Of a stretch of DNA of 64,000 nt, positions 48,340 to 58,610 are shown in pieces. The notes under the pieces were generated by a model. The model did not search any database. It was not told where the DNA came from and saw nothing but the letters and a program-made list of their open reading frames with translations. The position numbers and the translations under genes were made by a program. Location: assembly GCA_965222155.1 (NCBI GenBank), contig CBDCTH010000004.1:96001-160000 (forward strand), written 5' to 3'. Numbering within the stretch: the first letter of the stretch is position 1; each line of letters begins with the position of its first letter. This DNA comes from Gammaproteobacteria bacterium (GTDB lineage Bacteria > Pseudomonadota > Gammaproteobacteria > Eutrophobiales > Eutrophobiaceae).

Positions 48340-49359
48340 ATGGCTTTGCTCAACATCAATCTGCACTCGACACCACGCTACAAGATAGTATTACTATTCT
48401 CCTCCTTGTTCGTCATCGCTGTCATCACGGGATTGGTTTCGCTGGCCAGCGGCTCGGTTTCGGTCCCGCTTCGGGAAGTGATCGATATCCTGCTGGAGCG
48501 GCCGCAGGGAATCAATTCGCAGATCATCCTGGACCTGCGTCTACCCAGGGTCACTTCAGGCTTCGTCGTCGGCGGTATGCTGGCGCTTGCGGGTGCGCTG
48601 ATGCAGATATTGTTGCGCAACCCGCTGGCAGAACCTTATATCCTGGGTATTTCCGGTGGTGCCTCCGTGTTTGCGTTGCTGGCTATCAGCATGGGGCTGG
48701 CCGGAGTATGGCTTACCCTGGGCGCCTGCTTCGGAGCATTGCTGACCATGTTCATGGTATTCATATTTTCGGGTTCCGGCGTCGGCTGGAATCCCCTGAA
48801 GGTGCTCCTGACGGGCGTCGTCATAGCGGCCGGCTGGGGCGCGCTGATCAGTTTTCTGCTTGCCATCAGCCCGGCTGCCAAGCTGCATAATATGTTGTTC
48901 TGGTTGATGGGTGATCTGAGCTTCAGCCAGCCCGGCGGCAACTATTTCCTGGTATTAATCCTGGCGGTTATCCTCGCAATGTATTACTCCCGGGCCTTGA
49001 ATTTACTGGCAGTCGGCGACATGCAGGCCGCCGCGCTGGGCGTCTCCGTCAACCGGTTGCGCGTGTTTACTTATTTCCTGGCGTCAGTATTGACGGCGGC
49101 GGCAGTCATACAGGCAGGGAGTATAGGATTTATAGGCTTGATTATTCCACATGCAGTCAGGTTGCTGATCGGCAATGATAACCGCCTGTTGCTGCCGGCC
49201 TCAATGTTGGCGGGGGGCATACTGCTTGTGTTCGCCGATTTGCTGGCGCGCATCCTGCTGGCGCCCCGGCAACTGCCCGTCGGCGTCCTGACAGCGCTGA
49301 TCGGCGTGCCTGTGTTTCTCCTGTTGCTGCGATCCACTGCCGCAAGGCAAAGACCATGA
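48340..49359 (+). CDS. FecCD/BtuC-type ABC permease
   Basis: LRLPR, RNPLAEPYILGISGGA, IGFIGLIIPH. Confidence 0.92.
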   Translation: MALLNINLHSTPRYKIVLLFSSLFVIAVITGLVSLASGSVSVPLREVIDILLERPQGINSQIILDLRLPRVTSGFVVGGMLALAGALMQILLRNPLAEPYILGISGGASVFALLAISMGLAGVWLTLGACFGALLTMFMVFIFSGSGVGWNPLKVLLTGVVIAAGWGALISFLLAISPAAKLHNMLFWLMGDLSFSQPGGNYFLVLILAVILAMYYSRALNLLAVGDMQAAALGVSVNRLRVFTYFLASVLTAAAVIQAGSIGFIGLIIPHAVRLLIGNDNRLLLPASMLAGGILLVFADLLARILLAPRQLPVGVLTALIGVPVFLLLLRSTAARQRP

Positions 49360-49433
49360 GCCCGGCGATCTACAGCACGCGCCGGTCTACCGGATTCCGG
49401 AAAATGGTCTTATGGCTGTCAATAGATTAGCAA

Positions 49434-50201
49434 ATGCCTACTTTATACACAGAAGGGTTGACCGTACGCGCCGGGCAGAAACTGATCTGCCGGGATTTCA
49501 ACCTGAAGATCAGTGCGGGAGAACATTGGGGGATACTGGGCGGCAACGGGGTTGGCAAAACAACCTTGCTGCATACGCTGGCCGGATTGAGGAAACCGGT
49601 CGGCGGCAGGATCATGCTGGATGATATTGATTTACAGAATTACAAACGCCTGCGCCTGGCCCGGAAGCTCGGCGTATTGTTTCAGGACAGCCAGGATACG
49701 TTTCCGGCTACGGTGAAGGAAACCGTGTTAGCGGGGAGGTATCCCTATCAGTCGTTCTGGCCACCGGAACAGCGCGCAGACCTGGTTCTGGCGGATACGG
49801 CGCTGGCGCAGTTAAACCTGTCGCCGATGCAGAACCGTCAAGTGGATACCCTGTCGGGTGGGGAACGACGGCGCCTGGCTATTGCCACCTTGTTTTTACA
49901 GGACCCCGGACTGTGGTTGCTGGATGAACCGACTAACCATCTTGATTTCCATCACCAGATTCAAGTCCTCGACCTGATAGGGCAACGCGTCAGGGACAGC
50001 AATGGGGCCTTGTTGATGGTGCTGCACGACGTCAACCTGATCAGTCGCTATTGCAGTCACGCAATCCTGATGTCGGGCACGGAACAGATGCTATGCGGCG
50101 AGGTTGCGACAATCATAAACAAGGTTAACCTGGAAAACCTGTACCGACATCCCATCCATGAGTTGTCGAGTGAAGGGCGGAAATTTTATTTCCCCGCTTG
50201 A
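49434..50201 (+). CDS. ABC ATP-binding subunit (BtuD/FecE-like)
   Basis: G.NGVGKTT, LSGGE, LLDEPTNHLD. Confidence 0.92.
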   Translation: MPTLYTEGLTVRAGQKLICRDFNLKISAGEHWGILGGNGVGKTTLLHTLAGLRKPVGGRIMLDDIDLQNYKRLRLARKLGVLFQDSQDTFPATVKETVLAGRYPYQSFWPPEQRADLVLADTALAQLNLSPMQNRQVDTLSGGERRRLAIATLFLQDPGLWLLDEPTNHLDFHHQIQVLDLIGQRVRDSNGALLMVLHDVNLISRYCSHAILMSGTEQMLCGEVATIINKVNLENLYRHPIHELSSEGRKFYFPA

Positions 50202-50252
50202 TATCTATCGTGCCGTCATGCCGGCGCATGCCCACGCCTGTTGCTTAATGTA

Positions 50253-50795
50253 TCAAGGCTGTGCCGGACTGTCGTCAACGTGTGTGTCAGGTTCGGCAGT
50301 TTCTTGATTTTCCTCTTTTTTCTTCAATTCGGGTTCGTCGTCGTCACCGGTAAATGGCAGTTTATTGAATAATTTGCTGAAAAAGCCGCGTCTCTTATAT
50401 TTGCGTAACGGGACATCCACGATCTTTGAGGCTTTGTTTGTTATATCCTCGGGTCTTTCAAGTCCCGGAACGACGTCACCGTCAACGTAAGCCAGTTTCT
50501 CGTCTTTGAAATGTAGCGTAATATGACGCTGTTGCCGCTGGCGGCCCCCTTTCGAAAAGGTATAGATGTACTCCCAGCGGTTTGTATGAAAAGGGTCGAC
50601 CAACGGCGGCGTCCCCATAATGAACTGCACCTGGGTTTTATCCATGCCGGGCTTCAGTCTGGACAGCATCTCGCCGCCAATAATACTGCCCTGCTGTATG
50701 TCGATTCGATAAACCCCCGGCAGTTTAAAGGACCCTTCATGGCTGCACGCCGCGAGAAAGAATGCAAGTGATAGTAATAAAAATCTCATCGCCAT
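50253..50795 (-). CDS. bamE: Outer membrane assembly lipoprotein BamE
   Basis: Lipobox LAAC, IDIQQG, GM.K.QV..IMGTP...DPF. Confidence 0.93.
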   Translation of the reverse strand: MAMRFLLLSLAFFLAACSHEGSFKLPGVYRIDIQQGSIIGGEMLSRLKPGMDKTQVQFIMGTPPLVDPFHTNRWEYIYTFSKGGRQRQQRHITLHFKDEKLAYVDGDVVPGLERPEDITNKASKIVDVPLRKYKRRGFFSKLFNKLPFTGDDDEPELKKKEENQETAEPDTHVDDSPAQP

Positions 50796-50887
50796 AATTT
50801 ACGACATTCCTGCCGACATGCAGTATACTTAACTCTGAGAGGGTTATCAGAGTTTCTTTTACTATTTTTACGGGCAGGAAAAATCCT

Positions 50888-51286
50888 ATGGACAGTAAGT
50901 CTCTGAAAGAAGCGGGTTTGAAAGCGACACTGCCGCGTATCCGGATACTGGAAATCCTGGAGGCGTCTGATCAAAAGCACGTGAGTGCAGAAGATGTCTA
51001 TAAAGCCCTGCTGGATGCTGGGGAAGACGTGGGTCTGGCAACTGTCTACCGGGTGCTCACACAATTCGAGGCCGCCGGCCTGGTAATTCGCCATCATTTC
51101 GATTCAGGTTATTCCGTGTTTGAACTGGACCGCGGCGGACACCATGATCACATGGTCTGCATCAAGACCGGTAAAGTCATCGAATTTGAGAATGAGGAAA
51201 TTGAAAAGCTGCAACGTCAGATTGCGGAAGAACACGGTTACGAACTGGCTGAACACAGCCTGATACTTTACGTGAGACCCAAATAA
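50888..51286 (+). CDS. fur: Ferric uptake regulator
   Basis: GLKATLPR, GLATVYRVL, HHDHMVC. Confidence 0.97.
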   Translation: MDSKSLKEAGLKATLPRIRILEILEASDQKHVSAEDVYKALLDAGEDVGLATVYRVLTQFEAAGLVIRHHFDSGYSVFELDRGGHHDHMVCIKTGKVIEFENEEIEKLQRQIAEEHGYELAEHSLILYVRPK

Positions 51287-51451
51287 CATTGAGCCCGAAA
51301 GGCTGCGCCGCCCGCCTGGTTTCTGTCGGCTGGGAACGTCCAGGTAGTGGCGCACAGCAACGCAACCCTGGATTTACTGAACGATACCAACCACCTGGCA
51401 GGTGATTAATGCTGTCCGGCCATTCTCCGAGTTGGCCGATCAATGAGTAAT

Positions 51452-52360
51452 TCAACGTAAGGAGCCGGCCTCCCTGGCTTGGCTGATATTCTTTCTTGCC
51501 TGTTCCAGGATTTCACACAGTTGTCTGGACCCCAGTAATATCCGGGTAGTGTGGCGCTGAATGATGTCGGGGTCGATGAAGAACAGGTTGTCGTAAGTTG
51601 CAGCTTTGAGAAATGACCATTGTTCCCACTCATTCAGCCAGTCCGGTCTTGCCTCATTCATGCCGCTGACGATGATAGTTTCCGGGTTTTTTGTCAGCAC
51701 TGCTTCTTTGCCTACCTGGGGTGTCGGCGAACTCAGCCCGGCGAAGATGTTACTGCCGCCGCACAGTCGAATAACGTTGCCGATGATCTGTTTGTCCGTT
51801 ACGGTAATCAGCGGGTTGGGCCACACCTGGTAGAATACGGACACTTTTTCCAGTCCGGAGTACTGGTCCCGTAACCGGGAAAGCTCTGCCAGGTACTCCT
51901 GTGTGACAGTCCCGGCTTCGGCTTCCCCGCCGCCGAGAATACCGAACCTGGTTATATCTGCAGCCACGTCCTCCGGTCGATGTGGCTCGTTTACGAATAC
52001 CGTGAGTCCCAGGTCCATCAAGCGCTCTACCTGGTGGAATTGATTCCCCTCTTTCCAGGCGATGACGAGGTCAGGTTGTAGGGCCAGGATCAATTCGGTA
52101 TCGAAGTTGTTATAATCGCCCACTGACGCTATCTTGCGCGCTTCGCTGGGGTAATCACTATAGCTGACAACGCCAACGATGGAGTGTCCGACACCCGCGG
52201 CAAACAGGTTCTCGGTGATGTGTGGCGCAAGACTGACAATCCTTGTGGCCGGTTTGTCCAACTGCACGGTACGGCCAATATCGTCGACTACCGTGAGCGC
52301 CCCGGCGCCGTGCGCATAAGCAGTCAGGAACAACACGCTGAACAACCATGAAATTCTCAT
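51452..52360 (-). CDS. btuF: Cobalamin-binding periplasmic protein
   Basis: RIVSLAPHITE, VGV..YSDYP; divergent from btuB. Confidence 0.88.
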   Translation of the reverse strand: MRISWLFSVLFLTAYAHGAGALTVVDDIGRTVQLDKPATRIVSLAPHITENLFAAGVGHSIVGVVSYSDYPSEARKIASVGDYNNFDTELILALQPDLVIAWKEGNQFHQVERLMDLGLTVFVNEPHRPEDVAADITRFGILGGGEAEAGTVTQEYLAELSRLRDQYSGLEKVSVFYQVWPNPLITVTDKQIIGNVIRLCGGSNIFAGLSSPTPQVGKEAVLTKNPETIIVSGMNEARPDWLNEWEQWSFLKAATYDNLFFIDPDIIQRHTTRILLGSRQLCEILEQARKNISQAREAGSLR

Positions 52361-52686
52361 AACAATCTGCAGCCTATGCTAACCAGGACACGCTAGCATA
52401 CCATGTAAGAAAACCCGCCTTGCTGCTCGCCGTCATGGCGTCCTATCGCCGCTTGCGCCGCTTTGCTGAAATGGGCCGGCCTGAAACATGCGGAAGTGAC
52501 GGATTACCGGCCCTGCTTTACAACTTCTGGTAGTTTTGAATTCATGTTTATGTTAGTATTTGCGCCGTTTTAGCAATGGTGGCTGTAATCGGCCGCCACA
52601 CGCCATATATGGACAGCTTGACTTCATTCTGTGAGCAGCCGACAACAACGCCAGGTTTCATCAGTGTATTCTATCAAGTAGCAACC

Positions 52687-52765
52687 CGTCATTCCGGCGA
52701 ATGCCGGAATCCAGTCAAATAAAGTATTCCTTGGTTACTGGATTCCGGCATTCGCCGGAATGACG
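52687..52765. repeat. Inverted pair of CGTCATTCCGGCGAATGCCGGAATCCAGT palindromes
   Basis: Direct reading. Confidence 0.85.
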
Positions 52766-52789
52766 AGAGTACTTGTCCTGCAGGCTTTA

Positions 52790-52835
52790 CAACTTCTGCG
52801 TGTTGTCAACTTCTGCGTGTTGTCAACTTCTGCGT
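52790..52835. repeat. 17-bp tandem repeat CAACTTCTGCGTGTTGT x2.7
   Basis: Direct reading. Confidence 0.85.
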
Positions 52836-52871
52836 TGTAATTCCGCGTAATATCCTTTACCATTCTGGCCT

Positions 52872-53110
52872 GTATACAGGTTTCCAGCCGGTGAATTGAA
52901 CTGCCGACTGGATTAACGGGAAGCCTGGTGAGTTCTTGCGAACGATTCCAGCACTGCCCCCGCAACGGTGATCAGCCTGGTCCCGGACGTTACCACTGTG
53001 CTGGTCCGGATGTCTCAATAAGTGATACATCCGGGCCTGGAGCATGGGAAGGTGTTCGGGACGTTGATTGGCAACAATCAGCGCTGATAGTCCGGAGACC
53101 GACCTGGATG
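52872..53110 (+). promoter_or_regulatory. Cobalamin riboswitch
   Basis: AACGGGAA.CCTGGTG, CTGCCCCCGCAACGGT, CCACTG, GGGAAGG, AGTCCGGAGACCGACC upstream of btuB. Confidence 0.92.
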
Positions 53111-53246
53111 CATCATTCGTCCGGGTTACATTCCCGGTACGGTAATGACATGTTGCGGAGGGCGGCATTGGGTATTTGTTCTGCTCCACTTCCCCTCTTT
53201 GCTACTGTCTGAATTCGTTCACGCGATATTCAACGGGAGTGAAGAT

Positions 53247-55067
53247 ATGAATAAGTCGTTTATTTTGGCGCTGCTTGCCGGCGCCGGTCTGTATGGGCCT
53301 GTTATCCAGGCCGCTTCTTATGAAGAAATCATTGTTACCGGGACGCGCTCCCCGATAACAGCTGACAAGTTACCCGCTGCCGTTACGGTGATCAATCGGC
53401 AGGACATTGAGGAACTGCAGGTGAATTCCTTGCCTGAATTGCTGCGCGGAGTCGCTGGTGTCGATGTAACGGTCAGCGGTGGTTACGGCAAAACGACGGG
53501 TGTCCGCATGCGCGGTACCGAAAGCCAACACGTACTGGTATTGATCGACGGCGTCAGGATCGGGTCAGCGACTCTGGGGACTGCCGCTTTTCGACATTTG
53601 CAGCCGGCGCTGATAGAGCGCATCGAGATCGTACGCGGCCCGCGTTCCAGTCTGTGGGGATCTGAGGCTCTGGGTGGGGTCATTCATATATTCACCCGCA
53701 AGGGTTCGGGTGAGAAGCCGCGTTTCAGCCTGGACGCCGGTGGCGGTTCTTTTGATACCTTCGGGGTAACCGGTGGCGTCAGTGGCGAATATCGGGATTT
53801 CGACTACAGCGCATCTGTTTCCTGGTTTGATTCACGCGGGATCGATTCGAGACGGCCTACCCCGGGTCACTTCGGTGTCGATCAGCCGGATAATGACAAC
53901 TACGACAATATTTCCGTGCATTTCCGCGGGGGCTATGATTTCGCCGACACGGGCAGGATAGAAGCCTTCATCATGAGGGCGGAAGGAATGACTGAGTACG
54001 ATGGCAATTTCCAGGATGAGACCGATTTCCTGCAACAGGTGGGGGGGGGGTCACTTTCATTCAACCCCGTGGAGGACTGGAACACGTCTTTACGACTGAG
54101 CGAGGCCAGCGATGAGATGGAAAACTTCGCCCCGTCTGGCGATTTCTTTTCGAATTTCGATACCCGGCGCCGGCAGTTGTCATGGCAAAACGATATCTCG
54201 TTGTTTGACGCACAGTTACTGACCTTTGGTGTGGACTACCGGAATGACAAGGTGGGCAGCTCAACCGACTATGCCCGGACCGGCAGGGATAATATCGGCG
54301 TATTCGGGCAGTATGGCGTGAACTTTCACGGTCACCAGTTGATTGCCTCGGTGCGCTGGGATGATGACGAGGTGTTCGGCAATGAAACGACAGGCGGGGT
54401 CGGTTGGAGTTACACCTGGCATGACTCGTTGCGCTTGTATGCTTCATACGGCACAGCCTACAAGACGCCAACCTTCAATGAACTGTTTTTTCCCTTCTTC
54501 GGCAACCCTGACTTGAGGCCGGAGACCGGCGAGTCCTACGAGGCGGGCATTGAGGGACAATATGAACGCTTCGGGTGGAGTACCCGGGCTTATCGCATAA
54601 ACGCGGAGGATCTCATCGCTACCGTCTGCGATCACAGATTCAACTGCGCTCCGGAAAACGTCAATGAGGCACAGGTTACCGGCGTAGAAGGTGAATTTTT
54701 TGTTCAATGGGGCGGATGGAATGCCATGTTAGGCGTGGAGTACCTGGACCCGGAGAATGAAACTTCGGGGAAGCGTCTGCCGCGCCGGGTCAAGAAGAGG
54801 TTGTCGTTCGACCTGAGGCGGGACCTGGGCAGGTTCACATTCGGCACACGCCTGCTTGCCGAAGGGAACCGCTTCGATAATGCCGGCAATACTATCAAGG
54901 TCAACGGGTTCGCTACGGTTGATTTGTCGGGAGAATACCGGCTCAGTGAACACCTGACATTGCGGGCAAAGGTCGCGAACCTACTCGATGAGGAATACCA
55001 GACCATCGACACCTTTAACTCATTCGACCGGAATTTTTTTGTATCGGTGCATTATCGAAGCCGGTAG
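53247..55067 (+). CDS. btuB: TonB-dependent vitamin B12 receptor
   Basis: EEIIVTGTR, VLVLIDGVR, IERIEIVRGPRSSLWG; follows the riboswitch. Confidence 0.9.
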   Translation: MNKSFILALLAGAGLYGPVIQAASYEEIIVTGTRSPITADKLPAAVTVINRQDIEELQVNSLPELLRGVAGVDVTVSGGYGKTTGVRMRGTESQHVLVLIDGVRIGSATLGTAAFRHLQPALIERIEIVRGPRSSLWGSEALGGVIHIFTRKGSGEKPRFSLDAGGGSFDTFGVTGGVSGEYRDFDYSASVSWFDSRGIDSRRPTPGHFGVDQPDNDNYDNISVHFRGGYDFADTGRIEAFIMRAEGMTEYDGNFQDETDFLQQVGGGSLSFNPVEDWNTSLRLSEASDEMENFAPSGDFFSNFDTRRRQLSWQNDISLFDAQLLTFGVDYRNDKVGSSTDYARTGRDNIGVFGQYGVNFHGHQLIASVRWDDDEVFGNETTGGVGWSYTWHDSLRLYASYGTAYKTPTFNELFFPFFGNPDLRPETGESYEAGIEGQYERFGWSTRAYRINAEDLIATVCDHRFNCAPENVNEAQVTGVEGEFFVQWGGWNAMLGVEYLDPENETSGKRLPRRVKKRLSFDLRRDLGRFTFGTRLLAEGNRFDNAGNTIKVNGFATVDLSGEYRLSEHLTLRAKVANLLDEEYQTIDTFNSFDRNFFVSVHYRSR

Positions 55068-55247
55068 TCGACCAGTCCCCAATAACCCCTTGAGGCGAAC
55101 GGCGCTAACTGCCGGCAGACATGGGGGTTATGCATAGAGAAACCGCTGTGCTAATATTTCCGACCTGTACCTGGATTACCCCGCAGCCAGGACGGTCAGG
55201 CGAATAACCTTCCTTGTTTATATGGGGCGAGGTGGAGAGGTAGAGAC

Positions 55248-55853
55248 ATGTCAGAGACAACAGTCAGTGCCGCCGAGCACAAGCAGAAGATGCAGGAGCA
55301 GCAAAGACAGGTGCGCGCCCGGATTGCCGGGGCGAAGGCAAAGCGCGGCGTCATCATCTACCTGTACGGCAACGGCAAAGGCAAAAGCAGTTCCGCATTC
55401 GGCACTCTGGCAAGGAGCGTGGGCCACGGCAAGAATGGCGCGGTCGTACAATTCATCAAGGGTAAATGGAAGACCGGTGAACAGACGATCTTCAAACAAC
55501 TGGGTGTAAAACATCTGGTAATGGGAACGGGGTTTACCTGGGATACCCAGGATCGGGACAAGGATATCGCCGCCGCCGAGCAGGTCTGGAAAAAAGCGGT
55601 TACGCTGTTTCAGGACCCCGGTTTCGATATCATCGTACTGGATGAAGTGACTTATATGTTCAAATATGGCTACCTGTCCGTTGCGGAAATCTGTGAGGTC
55701 CTGCTCGCCAGGCCGGAAAAACAGAACGTCATCATCACCGGCAGGGACGCGATACCTGAATTACTCGAAATCGCCGATACCATAAGTGAAGTCAGGGAGG
55801 TGCGGCATGCCTTCAACCAGGGTATCAAGGCCCAGAAAGGAATAGAATTTTAA
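55248..55853 (+). CDS. cobO: Cob(I)alamin adenosyltransferase
   Basis: GNGKGKSSSAFG, QFIKG, LDE, ITGR, HAF..GIKAQKGIEF. Confidence 0.95.
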   Translation: MSETTVSAAEHKQKMQEQQRQVRARIAGAKAKRGVIIYLYGNGKGKSSSAFGTLARSVGHGKNGAVVQFIKGKWKTGEQTIFKQLGVKHLVMGTGFTWDTQDRDKDIAAAEQVWKKAVTLFQDPGFDIIVLDEVTYMFKYGYLSVAEICEVLLARPEKQNVIITGRDAIPELLEIADTISEVREVRHAFNQGIKAQKGIEF

Positions 55854-55857
55854 AATT

Positions 55858-57531
55858 TTAGCCCGACCCGGAGCCCAGCATCTCCCTGGCGTGATTCCGG
55901 GACTGTTCCGAGACTCGGATGCCGCCCAGCATACGTGCGATTTCTTCTACCCGCTCAGCCTTACCCAACTCATGGACCTGGGTTTCGGTTATTTTATCGT
56001 CGGTGGTTTTTGTCACCCTGATGTGGTTATCCCCCTGAGAGGCTACCTGCGGCAGGTGGGTGACGCACAGAATCTGCCGGTCTGCAGCCAGCCTATGCAA
56101 CAGGTTGCCGACGATTTCGGCAATTCCCCCTGCGATACCCGCGTCCACTTCGTCGAATATCATGGTTGCCACGCTGCTGTCCCGGTTTGCGCTGACCTGG
56201 ACCGCAAGGCTGATGCGTGAGAGTTCTCCTCCGGAGGCGACCTTTCTCAACGGCAGCAAGGCCTGGCCGGGGTTGGCAGAGACGAGGAATTCAACCTGGT
56301 TATTCCCGTTTCTGTGAGGCTTTAAATCCGGGCCGGGTGTGACGTTGATATTGAGAGTGCCTTCAGGCATACCCAGGGTTCGTATCCTGCCGCTGATGTC
56401 TGCCGCCATCACGGTCGCGCACTCACGCCGGCGCTCACCCAGATTATCTGCGGCCGTCCGGTATTCTTCAAGCGACCTGATTTGTTCCTGTTCCAGTTCC
56501 GCCAGCCGCTCGCGATGCTGTTCAATAGCGTCCAGTTTCCGTCCTATGGATTGATAATGAGCGAATAACAGTTGCGGCTGCACCCGGTGTTTTCGGGCCA
56601 TGTCGTGCAACTGCTCCAGACGCTGTTCCACCTGGTGCAGGTGAGCTGGGTCCCGGTCCAGGCTGTGCAGGTAAGTCCCCAACTCATCGGCCGCCTCGCT
56701 GATATGTATCGCCGCATTTTCCAGTAGCCCGGTAATGTTTGCCAGGCCGGGATCAAACCGTTCCAGAGCGGTCAGCTCTTTTTTGACGGTGTTGATCCTG
56801 TCGGTTACCGACTGCTCGCCGGCACGTAAACCGTCCAGTGCCGTTTGGGCCGTTTCGAGCAGATTGTTTATATTGGCCAGCCGCTTATACTCGTCTTCCA
56901 GCCGGTCCACCTCGTTTTCTTCCAGTTCAAGCGCCTGTAATTCTTCCACCTGGTACTTGAGCAGTGATAAGCGGTCACCGGATTCTCCCTCCGTATCGGT
57001 CAGTGAACTTATCTCCCGGGTCACGCCATCCCATTTTTCAAACGCGCGGCTTACCTGGTCCGCTATATCGCCATAGTCACCGAAGCCGTCTAGTAACTCC
57101 CGTTGTACGTCTCTTTTCAATAAACTCTGGTGTGCATGCTGGCCGTGGATATCAATCAGGAAGGCGGCTGCGCCACGCAGCAACTGCAGGGGGGCCGCAG
57201 TGGTATTGATATAGGCGCGGGAACGCCCGTCCCTGTTGATGATCCGGCGCAGTACCAGTTCGTTATCTGCAACGTTTATGGATTGCTCCTCCAGCAACGA
57301 CAATAACCGTTCATCTTCTGCGACACTGAATGCGGCGCTGATCTCGGTGCGTGCGCACCCCGTTCGGATAACGGAGGTATCCGCCCGATCACCCAGGACC
57401 AGTCCCAGAGCATCTATCAGTATGGATTTTCCGGTGCCGGTTTCGCCGGTCAGGACCGTCAGACCTTCCCTGAACGATAACTCAGCGTTTTCTATTACTG
57501 CAAGATTGATGATGCTGAGATGCTTCAACAT
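55858..57531 (-). CDS. recN: DNA repair protein RecN
   Basis: TGETG.GKS, IHGQH, ASGGELSR, FDEVD, THLPQVA. Confidence 0.97.
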   Translation of the reverse strand: MLKHLSIINLAVIENAELSFREGLTVLTGETGTGKSILIDALGLVLGDRADTSVIRTGCARTEISAAFSVAEDERLLSLLEEQSINVADNELVLRRIINRDGRSRAYINTTAAPLQLLRGAAAFLIDIHGQHAHQSLLKRDVQRELLDGFGDYGDIADQVSRAFEKWDGVTREISSLTDTEGESGDRLSLLKYQVEELQALELEENEVDRLEDEYKRLANINNLLETAQTALDGLRAGEQSVTDRINTVKKELTALERFDPGLANITGLLENAAIHISEAADELGTYLHSLDRDPAHLHQVEQRLEQLHDMARKHRVQPQLLFAHYQSIGRKLDAIEQHRERLAELEQEQIRSLEEYRTAADNLGERRRECATVMAADISGRIRTLGMPEGTLNINVTPGPDLKPHRNGNNQVEFLVSANPGQALLPLRKVASGGELSRISLAVQVSANRDSSVATMIFDEVDAGIAGGIAEIVGNLLHRLAADRQILCVTHLPQVASQGDNHIRVTKTTDDKITETQVHELGKAERVEEIARMLGGIRVSEQSRNHAREMLGSGSG

Positions 57532-57681
57532 AATATTTCCGGAGCGTGTCTATGTTATGCACTGAAGGGTTCAGGTACCCGCTGGCGGCAAAAATCCGCC
57601 ACATCAACATAAGGGGACGGATTTGAAATCCGTCCCCGGAGAGTTCAATAGATCGTGTATTCTCTGTGGCGAGATAAAGAT

Positions 57682-58542
57682 CTACCCCCAGTTCAATTTA
57701 TCCCTGAGGATCTTGAAATGATCGTGGTCCGCGGGATGGATGAGCCGTATTTTCTTATCTTTCTTTTGTATGTTTATCTTGTCTCCCGTAACCAGTTCGC
57801 AGACGATTTCACCGTCACGGGTCAGGTACGCCCGGTCGATTTGCGGTGTGCCGATGATGACCTCCACCACGCTGTTGCCGTCGATGACAACCGGCCGGTT
57901 GCTCAAAGTATGCGGACAGATCGGCACCAGCACCAGTGCGTTGAGCGCCGGGTGTAATATCGGGCCGCCACCGGCAAGTGCATAAGCGGTTGAACCGGTG
58001 GGCGATGAGATGATCATACCGTCTGATCGCTGTCGGTGGAGAAAATTGCCGTTGACGAATGTCTCAAGTTCAATCAGTTTGGCGATATTACCCTTCTGTA
58101 TAATGACGTCATTGAAGGCATGGCTTTCCATTAAGGTTTTACCCTTGCTTTCAATTTCGCAGTGTAATTGAAAGCGTTCGTCTTCAACATAGTTCCCGCC
58201 CAGGATTTCGTCCAGACGGCGGATCACGGCATTGGCGGGTATATCAGCGAGGAAACCGAGGCGGCCCCGGTTGATGCCGAGTAACGGTACATTGTAATCG
58301 GCCAGCAGATGAGCGGCCCGCAACATGGTGCCGTCGCCACCTATGACAATGGTGAGGTCGCAGTTCATACCGAAAAATTCCGCGTTTCCTTCGGGCAGTT
58401 TCAGATTCGGTACCAGCCTGGCGGAAAATTCATCAAGCACCACCTCCATGTCACGCTCCTGGAGATATTCTATAACCGCCTGTAAAGTATAGATTATTTC
58501 AGCAGTGCTATTATTTGTGATAATGGCTATAGTTTTGAACAT
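57682..58542 (-). CDS. nadK: NAD kinase
   Basis: GGDGTML, G.LGFL, PTGSTAY...GGP. Confidence 0.96.
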   Translation of the reverse strand: MFKTIAIITNNSTAEIIYTLQAVIEYLQERDMEVVLDEFSARLVPNLKLPEGNAEFFGMNCDLTIVIGGDGTMLRAAHLLADYNVPLLGINRGRLGFLADIPANAVIRRLDEILGGNYVEDERFQLHCEIESKGKTLMESHAFNDVIIQKGNIAKLIELETFVNGNFLHRQRSDGMIISSPTGSTAYALAGGGPILHPALNALVLVPICPHTLSNRPVVIDGNSVVEVIIGTPQIDRAYLTRDGEIVCELVTGDKINIQKKDKKIRLIHPADHDHFKILRDKLNWG

Positions 58543-58545
58543 TAT

Positions 58546-58572
58546 TTTGCACTAATATGAATTGAGTGATAA
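58546..58572. promoter_or_regulatory. CIRCE-like HrcA operator
   Basis: TTTGCACTA-N9-GAGTGATAA versus consensus TTAGCACTC-N9-GAGTGCTAA, upstream of hrcA. Confidence 0.7.
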
Positions 58573-58610
58573 ATTTTCCTCCGGGGTACTTTGCCACATT
58601 AAACTGAACT

